Source of the DNA: Gallionella sp.
Lineage (GTDB): Bacteria; Pseudomonadota; Gammaproteobacteria; Burkholderiales; Gallionellaceae
Assembly (NCBI GenBank): GCA_029850565.1
Contig: JARCRR010000039.1
Coordinates: 1-39,290, forward strand
Direction of reading: 5' to 3'
Length of the DNA stretch: 39,290 nucleotides
Of the stretch, positions 1 through 7,674 are shown one piece after another. Under the pieces are notes generated by a model. It ran no database searches and was not told where the DNA came from. It saw only the letters and a list, made by a program, of their open reading frames with translations. Both the position numbers and the translations under genes were made by a program. Numbering within the stretch: position 1 is the stretch's first letter; each line of letters begins with the position of its first letter.

Positions 1-156
1 CTTGGGATTGGAACCCGGCCAGCCGCCTTCGATGTAGTGGAAACCGAAATCGGCGAGGCGTTGGGCGATGGCCAACTTGTCGTCAACGGAAAGGGAGATG
101 TCTTCGCGCTGCGTGCCGTCTCGTAATGTGGTGTCGTAGAGGAATACTTTGGACAT
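1..156 (-). CDS. cimA: Citramalate synthase (LeuA/CimA family), 5' part; runs off the window edge
   Basis: Not in the ORF track. Manual translation from ATG at 156 gives [52 protein letters not shown], with the DTTLRDG and [11 protein letters not shown] motifs. Confidence 0.85.
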   Translation of the reverse strand, partial: MSKVFLYDTTLRDGTQREDISLSVDDKLAIAQRLADFGFHYIEGGWPGSNPK

Positions 157-299
157 GGCATGTGTACTCGTTGAGAAGGCGTGAAGTTTATCACTCCATC
201 AGCGTTCCAGCCCTCCACCCGCGACCAAACATCACATAATGGCCACATGGAAGTTTCAACTAGAATATCGACATGAACGACTCGCTCGCCTCTCATGCC

Positions 300-869
300 A
301 TGAACAAGAACCAATTCCTGACCCTGCCCATCCTACTCATACTCAGCGCCTGCTCGACACTCAGCGAAAAGGAATGTCACACCTCCGACTGGCGACAACT
401 AGGTGTGCAGGACGGCCGCGCTGGCCTGCCCGAAAGACGGCTGGATGACTACGCGCAGTCCTGCAAGGAATATGGAATCCGGCCAGACACCAACCAATAT
501 CTCGCAGGACGTGAGGTGGGTTTGAGGCAATATTGCGTTCCCAGCAACGCCTTTCGCACTGGATTGAATGGACAGGCCTATCAGGGCGTATGCCCCGCCA
601 ACATCGACATGGCATTCCACATCAACAACACAGCAGCTTTGAGCGTCTACCAAGCACGCCAACGTATCAAAGACCTCGACAGTCGTCTCGACCACTTGGA
701 ACACGAGCTTTCGGAAAAGGATAAGTCAGAGAAAGACAGACTGCGCTTGCGCAAAGAGATGCGCGACATGGACAGAGACCGCGACCGCCTAAAATCCGAT
801 CTTCGATTCGAGGAACACGAGTTGGAGAATCGGATGGAAGAGGAGCGTTACCGCGCCGCTCAGCGTTAA
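300..869 (+). CDS. DUF2799-like lipoprotein with C-terminal coiled coil
   Basis: Lipobox LSAC after a hydrophobic stretch; Cys-spaced motifs C..SDWRQLG.QDG..G and Y.AG...GLRQYC; charged helical tail. ATG at 300 preferred over 273. Confidence 0.75.
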   Translation: MNKNQFLTLPILLILSACSTLSEKECHTSDWRQLGVQDGRAGLPERRLDDYAQSCKEYGIRPDTNQYLAGREVGLRQYCVPSNAFRTGLNGQAYQGVCPANIDMAFHINNTAALSVYQARQRIKDLDSRLDHLEHELSEKDKSEKDRLRLRKEMRDMDRDRDRLKSDLRFEEHELENRMEEERYRAAQR

Positions 870-2017
870 GCCCGTTTATGGCGGCTTTGCCAAGCCATCA
901 ACAACAGACCCAGTAGCGCCATGGCAGCACTGAACGAATACAAAGCATTCGCCCCCCAGTGTTGCCAGATCGGGCCGCTCGCCAATCCCCCCAATACTCC
1001 GCCCGCACCGTAAGTGAAGCTACCGAACAGCGCCTGCCCCTTGGACTGATGTCGTCCTTTGAAATACTCATGCACCAACCCCACCGAGGCAGCGTGGTAA
1101 GCGCCAAAGGTCAGGGCATGTAACACCTGTGCGAACAGCAATACCACGACCACATCTACCATCCAACCGATGAGCATGAAGCGCAACACCGCCGCGCTGA
1201 AACTGATGAGTAAGATGCGAGTGAAGCCGAATCGCTTCACCAAGGCAGGCATCAGGAAGAACACCCCTATCTCGCAGATGACACCCAAAGCCCACAGCGC
1301 CCCCACGGCAGTCTTGGTATAGCCGTGCTCGACCAGATAGATAGAGAAAAAAGTGTAGTAAGGGCCGTGCGCCACAGACATCAAGAAGCACGCCCCCAAC
1401 AACGCTAACACCTTCGGCTGCATCACGATCTGTCGGATCGGCTGGTGATCGGTGTGGTGCGCCAACACCTCGGTCTTGGGAATCTGTCGCGCAAAGATGA
1501 GGATGCCGATCTCGCACACCAGCCCCGCCCACAACAACCAAGCGATAGCGATATAGTCGAAGGCGTAACCCAGCCCCACCACCGCCACGATGAAGCCGAT
1601 AGACCCCCACGAGCGGATGCGCCCGTAATGCGCCGTGTTCTTGCCCAGATAGCTCAGCGTCGTCGCCTCCACCAGCGGCATGGAAGCACTCCAGAAGAAG
1701 CCCATCAGCGTCAACACCAAGAACAGCCCCCAGAAACTGGTGGTGAGGAACACCCCGAAATAGAACACCGCACTCAAGGTCGCCGCCACCTGAACCACCA
1801 ACAAGCGTTCACCCGTATGGTCGGCCAGCCACCCCCAGATATTCGGCGCGATCATGCGCATCACCGGTTGGATAGACATCAAGATAGCGATCTCGATGGG
1901 CGTGAAATGGATGGATTGCAGGTACAGACTCCAATAGGGAGAGAACATCCCTACGAAGGCGTAATAGAAAAAATAGAAACCGGCGATGCGCCAGTGGTAG
2001 TTCTTGGAGGTGGACAT
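866..2017 (-). CDS. MFS transporter (HcaT/MFS_1-like)
   Basis: 383 aa with about 12 hydrophobic segments; WGWLADHTG loop motif and YGRIRSWGSIGF. Confidence 0.9.
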   Translation of the reverse strand: MSTSKNYHWRIAGFYFFYYAFVGMFSPYWSLYLQSIHFTPIEIAILMSIQPVMRMIAPNIWGWLADHTGERLLVVQVAATLSAVFYFGVFLTTSFWGLFLVLTLMGFFWSASMPLVEATTLSYLGKNTAHYGRIRSWGSIGFIVAVVGLGYAFDYIAIAWLLWAGLVCEIGILIFARQIPKTEVLAHHTDHQPIRQIVMQPKVLALLGACFLMSVAHGPYYTFFSIYLVEHGYTKTAVGALWALGVICEIGVFFLMPALVKRFGFTRILLISFSAAVLRFMLIGWMVDVVVVLLFAQVLHALTFGAYHAASVGLVHEYFKGRHQSKGQALFGSFTYGAGGVLGGLASGPIWQHWGANALYSFSAAMALLGLLLMAWQSRHKRA

Positions 2018-2019
2018 GA
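1977..2019. repeat. Direct repeat copy 1 (43 bp; covers the first codons of the MFS gene)
   Basis: aaaccggcgatgcgccagtggtagttcttggaggtggacatga, 41/43 identical to 10299-10341. Confidence 0.9.
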
Positions 2020-2075
2020 CTAGTAGGTGACTAAACGGCGCGCATTCTACACGTTGGACTTTCTAAGAATTCTCG

Positions 2076-2807
2076 TCAATTCCGTCTCAGATGCGCCACC
2101 AACTCACGAACCCATCTCTGCTTATCCTTCTGCAAAGTTGGCAATGGGTGGAAGTATTTGTTTGTTGTGCCTAGCTTCAAAAGTCCCGTAAGGCCAGACT
2201 CTCCATTCATCTGCATCAAGCACCTTTCAATGAGTGGCTCCAAATCAGGGCTGACACCCCAAGCACAAACAATGGGCGCACCAGATTTCTTTATGAGCTT
2301 GCGCCGAAGCTCGGCTGATCTTTCGTCTGCAAACAACGAATGGGCGACGAATGCTGTTCGTTCCTCTATCTCTCTAAATCGCCCAACAAATATATTGCTC
2401 TTCGCCTCCCTAATGTCAGAGATATTCAACACCCTGACATGATTCCAGCCAAAGTGGCGCATGACTCGCATCACCTGATACTGGGTTGTGTCGGGCTTGG
2501 TAGGCACAAGAGAAACATCAAGTTGATTTATCGAATTCGCCGAAATCAAGTTGCGCACCTCTTCAAGTGGTTGTGATGAACCAGGATTCATCATGATAAA
2601 TATCGCGTCAGGCGCTTCATCGAGCAACGCCTCTCTTCCTGATGATTGCATCCCTGCAATCTCCAAGACACTGCGGCATTCAATTCGCTCTCCAGAGTCC
2701 AATTCCACCGAATAGAAATGGCCGAACACTTGAAAATGCTTCTTTAACTCCCCAGCAGGAATGAACTCGATCAGCTTTTGGTTTTGAGTTGGAAAAACTT
2801 TATTCAT
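2076..2807 (-). CDS. DUF1643-like protein, possibly UDG-superfamily fold
   Basis: Motifs AIFIMMNPGSS, PDTTQ, VLNISD, IVCAWG and YFHPL. Start set at ATG 2807, which overlaps the nucleotidase stop (ATGAATAA). Confidence 0.6.
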   Translation of the reverse strand: MNKVFPTQNQKLIEFIPAGELKKHFQVFGHFYSVELDSGERIECRSVLEIAGMQSSGREALLDEAPDAIFIMMNPGSSQPLEEVRNLISANSINQLDVSLVPTKPDTTQYQVMRVMRHFGWNHVRVLNISDIREAKSNIFVGRFREIEERTAFVAHSLFADERSAELRRKLIKKSGAPIVCAWGVSPDLEPLIERCLMQMNGESGLTGLLKLGTTNKYFHPLPTLQKDKQRWVRELVAHLRRN

Positions 2808-3705
2808 TCGCCACGCCATGCGGTACATGACCAGTAGCCACGTGCTGGCGCGCGGAGTCACAATGTTTCTGCTGATCGTCGAAGAAAATATCCGCGCCAA
2901 AGGCTTTCAGGAATGCTCCCTTATCCATGCCGCCGAGGAATAACGCCTCGTCGATGCGGATGTTCCATGCCCGCAGGGTGCGAATGACTCTCTCGTGAGC
3001 GGGAACACCGCGCGCAGTGATGAGCGCGGTGCGGATGGGTGAGGTATCAGCCGGGTAGTCCAGTTGAATGCGGTGCAACATGGCGAGGAAGTTTTTGAAC
3101 GGCCCACCGGGTAAAGGCTGCTTGGCCGCATTGATCTCGTTGATCTCGAACGCTCCCAACCCTTCTTGTTTGTAGATGCGCTCCGACTCGTCCGAGAACA
3201 ACACCGCATCACCATCAAAAGCAATACGCAATTGCGCGGAGCTAGACTCGGCAACAGGGGCAGCAGAAGGCAGAATCGTCGCGGCAGCGAAGCCCGCCTC
3301 CAATGCTTTGCGCACATCACCGGGCTCGGCAGAAAGAAACAACTGCGCGCCGAAAGCCGAGATATAGGGATGCGTACTCTCGCCCCGCGTGAATGCTGCG
3401 CGACCGATATTCAGATTGTGATGTTTGATCGAATTAAAAATGCGCAGCCCAGTATCCGCGTTGTTGCGCGACAACAGAATCACCTCCACGCGCGGGTTGG
3501 CCGGATCATGCTCATTCAGCGCCAGCAACTTCTTCACCAGACCAAACGCCACCCCCGGCTCAAGCGGGATCTCTTCGCGCTCGACTTGGTAGCGGCAGTA
3601 GGCTTCTACGCCTTCGTTTTCGAAAACGGCGTGGCTTTCGTCGAGATTAAAGAGGGCGCGGGAGGAAATTGCGACGGTTAGTTTTTCCAGTTGGACTTTG
3701 GGCAT
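2800..3705 (-). CDS. 5'-nucleotidase (cN-I-like, HAD superfamily)
   Basis: VAISSRALFNL, LRIAFDGDAVLFSDESE, EALFLGG and DIFFDDQ motifs. Confidence 0.9.
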   Translation of the reverse strand: MPKVQLEKLTVAISSRALFNLDESHAVFENEGVEAYCRYQVEREEIPLEPGVAFGLVKKLLALNEHDPANPRVEVILLSRNNADTGLRIFNSIKHHNLNIGRAAFTRGESTHPYISAFGAQLFLSAEPGDVRKALEAGFAAATILPSAAPVAESSSAQLRIAFDGDAVLFSDESERIYKQEGLGAFEINEINAAKQPLPGGPFKNFLAMLHRIQLDYPADTSPIRTALITARGVPAHERVIRTLRAWNIRIDEALFLGGMDKGAFLKAFGADIFFDDQQKHCDSARQHVATGHVPHGVANE

Positions 3706-3769
3706 GGTAGTGATGTGATGAAAAATGGATTTGTTTGGCCACTAAAAAGTCATGTAAAGAATACCAGCC

Positions 3770-4099
3770 CTACCAACTATCGTAATCGGTCAAGTTAATC
3801 GACTCACCGGTGATGGACTCCGTCACTGTGCACGCCATCCCTATTCCCGTGGGGGTGAAGGTGAATGAATAGCCGACACCTATCGCGCCGTAATAGGGCA
3901 GCTTCACTGGGTAATGGAAGCCCCAACCGTTTTGCTGGGCATGCTCAAATTGAATGGCGGCAGCACGTTGCTCAACACCGATAGCCCACTCATCAAATTG
4001 CTTGATTTGCTCTTCCGTTAGCTCGAACTTCTCACCGAACTGCATAGGCTCACGCAGGTCAAACTTAAATGGCGGAGTGTTGTTTTCTGATTGACTCAT
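3770..4099 (-). CDS. Hypothetical protein (109 aa)
   Basis: ATG at 4099 overlaps the upstream stop (ATGA), suggesting translational coupling; C-terminal YYGAIG..YSFTFTPTGIG...LTDYDSW. Confidence 0.7.
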   Translation of the reverse strand: MSQSENNTPPFKFDLREPMQFGEKFELTEEQIKQFDEWAIGVEQRAAAIQFEHAQQNGWGFHYPVKLPYYGAIGVGYSFTFTPTGIGMACTVTESITGESINLTDYDSW

Positions 4100-5142
4100 A
4101 TCTCGACTACCCCCATAGATAACACTTGGATAAAGCAAAAATCTTCTTCGCGCATATATTCTGGGGTGCTCGTCACAATATGAAAGCTCGCGTCACTAGC
4201 CCAAAATGGCTTGTCGTTGCGCAATATCTTTGATGGCTCCTCTAGTGCAAGCAATACACCCCGTTTCATTTGCTCGACCTTCTCTACATTGCCGATGATG
4301 TGAAAGATCGCTCCCGAGGCGCGTTGCCCATCACATTCTATCCAGCGACTCGATTCACCAAGCGCATCTTCAATCGCTGCTTTCGGATGTTCAAACTCTG
4401 AATAATTACAGCCAACCATGCACACACCTGATGTGGCTATTGCATCACCGATCTGGACGTAACAGTCTTTTCGGGTTGCCATCTTGGAAAACAAGCAAAG
4501 CGCCATAGTCGATTGGTAAAACATCCACGACCAATCTTGCTCCTCGCCACTCCTACTCCAAAAACCTTCATCTGGAATAGAGCAATGACAAATCGCCGCC
4601 ATTCTTTCAATGACAGCTTGGTTTGCCGCGCTGGATGCTGGGTTGCAATGCCAAACTTTTGCATCTTCTACAGCCTCACGGATATATGGCGTACCAATAA
4701 CAGCGACTGACATCACACCAGCCTCATTGGCGATATTGGCGATTCCTTCCCCCGCAACAAAGGCCATCGGGTTATCCAAAGTAACAACGAGCAATAAGCA
4801 ATCGCAACCATGGATGAATCGATTGATTTCCGGTTCTGCCTCTTTGAATGCTTTGATAGTTTCATCCTGATTATTTAACGCCTGCTCACAGGCTTTCCAA
4901 CCATCCATAACCGGGCCAGACCTGCTGCGACCGTCTTCCTCCGCATACATTTCAAGCGCCCCATCTGCATTCAGATAGAGAATGTCCTTGTTATTCCAAT
5001 TCACAATTGGCGAGTCTTGTTCATGTGCGCATTTCAAACCCGCCAAATAGTGCCCACTGGCTTCGCCCACTAGAATCATTCGCACTCTAGGCAGAGTCGA
5101 TTGATTAAAGCTTCCATGTTTCGAAATATCATTGAGTGGCAT
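4096..5142 (-). CDS. Divergent FtsZ/tubulin-fold protein lacking the GTP-binding signature (pseudo-GTPase)
   Basis: EAEPEINRFIHGCDCLLLVVTLDNPMAFVAGEGIANIANEAGVMSVAVIGTPY aligns by eye with FtsZ [53 protein letters not shown]. The C-terminal GVCMVG...KAAIEDAL...ASGAIFHIIG...IQVLSMGV resembles the FtsZ C-domain. Start is 5142, or 5193 which has a GGGGGAG RBS. Confidence 0.65.
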   Translation of the reverse strand: MPLNDISKHGSFNQSTLPRVRMILVGEASGHYLAGLKCAHEQDSPIVNWNNKDILYLNADGALEMYAEEDGRSRSGPVMDGWKACEQALNNQDETIKAFKEAEPEINRFIHGCDCLLLVVTLDNPMAFVAGEGIANIANEAGVMSVAVIGTPYIREAVEDAKVWHCNPASSAANQAVIERMAAICHCSIPDEGFWSRSGEEQDWSWMFYQSTMALCLFSKMATRKDCYVQIGDAIATSGVCMVGCNYSEFEHPKAAIEDALGESSRWIECDGQRASGAIFHIIGNVEKVEQMKRGVLLALEEPSKILRNDKPFWASDASFHIVTSTPEYMREEDFCFIQVLSMGVVEI

Positions 5143-5144
5143 GG

Positions 5145-5795
5145 TCACGATTTCCACTGTGAAATGAAGGGGCAGTCGTTTTGTTCTTGCCATAGTTGCT
5201 CCCCCATTTCTAATCGCGAGATTAGGCGAGCACTTGCCTTGCCGATCCAATCATTCAGCGCAATGTATGCATCTTCCATGGTTGCTTGCCCCCCAAGAAC
5301 TTCGATTAGCTTGTCATTGCAAAACTCGATGCATGATGCCTCCGAGGACAGATTGCCAACTGCCACTCTCGCCTGAAGAGGACGTTCGCCTTCAAACTCA
5401 AATGGCATCACTGCAAGCACGATCACTTTTGCACCAGCATTCAGCGCGAGTTGCGCAATAACCGGGGTGGCTCCACCGCCCGTTCCTCCTCCCATCCCTG
5501 CGCAAATAATGACAACGTCTGCATCGCCAACAGCCAACTTGATACTGCCTCGATCTGCTTCGGCCGCAAGCCTTCCAAGCTCCGCATCACCCTCGCACCC
5601 GTTACCGCTCACGATGGCTCGACCAATACGCAGCTTGGTTTGTAAATCGTTATTGATTCTATCGAGGGCATCATCAGTATTGATGCAGACGTAATCGAAA
5701 TCGTGCTCATCTTGCCTGTACAAATATTGAGCGATGTTTGATCCGCAGCGGCCAACACCGACAAATGAGACCTTCATGGATTTGCTATTTTTCAT
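5145..5795 (-). CDS. Truncated FtsZ-like protein, N-terminal GTPase domain only
   Basis: [29 protein letters not shown] (tubulin signature), MPFEFEG and NDKL. Ends after helix H7 with no NxDFAD T7 loop, C-domain or C-terminal core peptide. Confidence 0.88.
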   Translation of the reverse strand: [216 protein letters not shown]

Positions 5796-6216
5796 TTTGA
5801 ACAGCGTCCAGAATGGCGGGATCGTCGTATTTCAATATTTCAGCCAACACCACCTCTCTTAAGTCGGGGCGCATTTCACCTAGGCTCCACGCCAACATTT
5901 CAAGGGCAACGCTCACGTCTCGACGAATCATGGTCTTGAACACCTCTGCGGGTAGCACTTCCCAAGCAGTTGAATTGGTGCTGATGGTTTTTACAACCTC
6001 AATACTTGGATCAACCGAGAGACGCTCAAAGGTGGCGGCAGACAAATTTAGTTTACCCGCCACCTCGGCTCTGATTTGGCTGGAGGGATGCAAAGCCAAC
6101 TCATCAAAGAAGGCATGATTTACTGGCTCATCCTCTAAAAAACCAATGAGGAGGCGAAGAGATGATTGAGAAAACTCAATGGGAGATACTTGATTGACCT
6201 GTGCTGTAACTTTCAT
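5785..6216 (-). CDS. Short helical-repeat protein (LRV/HEAT-like)
   Basis: Repeats ELALHPSSQIRAEVA and RLSVDPSIEVVKTIS; AAAGGAA RBS before ATG 6216; stop overlaps the start of the FtsZ-like gene. Confidence 0.6.
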   Translation of the reverse strand: MKVTAQVNQVSPIEFSQSSLRLLIGFLEDEPVNHAFFDELALHPSSQIRAEVAGKLNLSAATFERLSVDPSIEVVKTISTNSTAWEVLPAEVFKTMIRRDVSVALEMLAWSLGEMRPDLREVVLAEILKYDDPAILDAVQNEK

Positions 6217-6260
6217 AACCGTTCCTTTGACAAGAAGCGTTGCCAATCGCAACGGTTATG

Positions 6261-6293
6261 ATGCTACTCAGTGGTGCGGCGAGATGCGTCGCA
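6261..6293 (-). promoter_or_regulatory. Putative WYL-regulator site plus -10 element for the repeat-protein/FtsZ-pair operon
   Basis: TGCGGC-GAGATGC-GTCGCA at 6275-6293; minus-strand TAGCAT at 6266-6261, 8 nt away, the same geometry as the 10167-10199 site. Confidence 0.55.
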
Positions 6294-6305
6294 GCAAAAC
6301 TGCTG

Positions 6306-7094
6306 CTACTTATATCCAGCGAACAACATCCATCCGTAATCTCGGCGCATTTTTTCTTCGTCATTTTTTTTGTAAGGATTTAGCGTATTACGGCTGTACG
6401 GCCTACTATTCTTATTGACGCGCAACATAGTGAATTCTGCGTTTAAACTTTCATAAATTGCCGCTTGTTGGATTTTTAAATCCTTCGCTTCAACATCACT
6501 TATTAAATTATTTTTTTGATCTTTTTTTCCACATGTAACAAAAAGCAAGGCGAATCGGATACTTTTCTTTGTGTCGAATTTTGATGACAGCTTTCTATCA
6601 AGCTTTATCCTTCTTAACTGGTTCATGGCTGCATCCCATGACTTTTTCAATCTTTTTTCTCCTTCAACACTATCCCAAGGCTTATCGATTACCGCAGCCT
6701 TAACTTCCATGTAAATGAGATACCCTTGATAACCAAAAACATAATCTACTCTGCATGATGGTTTGTCGTCTGGGTCGTTGCCCTCATCGTCCACTACGAC
6801 ACTATCCTTATCAACAACGCTGTTATCGCCCTTCTTTCTTCTGGCAACGGGCAGTTCAGTCAATACCAAGGGCATGGGTTTTTCTGCGCGCAACACTTTA
6901 GCTAATGCTTGCCCAATAAAACCATACAACCAACGCTCCTGCGGCCTTTTACCAAATACAGTCAAAATTTCCGCACCATTTTCAAACTCTTTGAAAAATT
7001 CAACTTGGAATGCATTAAAGAATTCTTCTCTAACCTTTCTTTTTGCTTCACCTCTAGTCATGCCAGATCCTTTGCAATGTGTTTGAAAATTCAT
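6306..7094 (-). CDS. Hypothetical protein with PD-(D/E)XK nuclease-like motif
   Basis: QERWLY...TELPV...RVDYVFGYQGYLIYMEVK...AMNQL fits an E...D...ExK...Q layout; AT-rich and Lys-rich. Start uncertain (7112, 7094 or 7061). Confidence 0.6.
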   Translation of the reverse strand: MNFQTHCKGSGMTRGEAKRKVREEFFNAFQVEFFKEFENGAEILTVFGKRPQERWLYGFIGQALAKVLRAEKPMPLVLTELPVARRKKGDNSVVDKDSVVVDDEGNDPDDKPSCRVDYVFGYQGYLIYMEVKAAVIDKPWDSVEGEKRLKKSWDAAMNQLRRIKLDRKLSSKFDTKKSIRFALLFVTCGKKDQKNNLISDVEAKDLKIQQAAIYESLNAEFTMLRVNKNSRPYSRNTLNPYKKNDEEKMRRDYGWMLFAGYK

Positions 7095-7096
7095 GC

Positions 7097-7639
7097 TTAC
7101 CCATTTATCCACTGATAAAACTCTTCCGGCATTTCCTGATGAATAGTCTCAATCGAGCGAATATCAACTGTTGAGTTGCAGCCCATCAGTGGCACTTCAA
7201 TTACTTGATCTTGCGCCGACCAGTCCATTTTTAGAAAACGGAGTCCTTGAGCGTCGTAACCAATGGCATTTACACGGCCATGCCCATAGAGTTTCATGGT
7301 CTTGCCAAATTTTTCACGTTTCTTGAGTACAACAAAGTCGCCCATACAGATCGTGCTAAATCGCTCCACTTGCTGTGTGCTCTCAATAAATTTGAATTCA
7401 CATATTCCTTGCGCTTTCCATTCAATGTCGAGCCTTCTGCTCAAATCGGCACCAGGGCAGAACCCCATAAACAGAACGTAGTCATCGAGCGGTTTGGAAA
7501 TTGAGATGGCGTCAATCACTGTCTTGGCTTCGGCATCACCTAGCTTAAGTTTTTCTTGTGCATTTTGCTGGAGTTTGAGCAGGTCGGCTCGGGACATTCC
7601 GCCACTGACGATGCGATCGATGATTTTCTGATATTTCAT
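7097..7639 (-). CDS. Hypothetical protein, possible EVE/PUA-like nucleic-acid-binding domain
   Basis: 180-aa ORF in the operon; FSTICMGDFVVLK...GHGRV...LKMDW resembles the PUA-like GD-x-V pattern. The ORF is solid; the domain call is tentative. Confidence 0.55.
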   Translation of the reverse strand: MKYQKIIDRIVSGGMSRADLLKLQQNAQEKLKLGDAEAKTVIDAISISKPLDDYVLFMGFCPGADLSRRLDIEWKAQGICEFKFIESTQQVERFSTICMGDFVVLKKREKFGKTMKLYGHGRVNAIGYDAQGLRFLKMDWSAQDQVIEVPLMGCNSTVDIRSIETIHQEMPEEFYQWING

Positions 7640-7674
7640 TACGAAGTCTTTCTGCGAAATCTATTGATACGTGA

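Noticed and set aside
2808-2900. N-terminal extension of the DUF1643-like ORF given in the ORF track
   Set aside because: It overlaps the conserved nucleotidase C-terminus; ATG 2807 gives a typical coupled start.
5145-5795. Calling this the housekeeping ftsZ
   Set aside because: Only 216 aa, no T7 loop, C-domain or core peptide, and no dcw cluster context, so no gene symbol was assigned.
4096-5795. One ftsZ gene split by a frameshift
   Set aside because: The downstream ORF appears to have its own N-terminal Rossmann-like domain before the C-domain, so the two ORFs are not consecutive halves of one gene.
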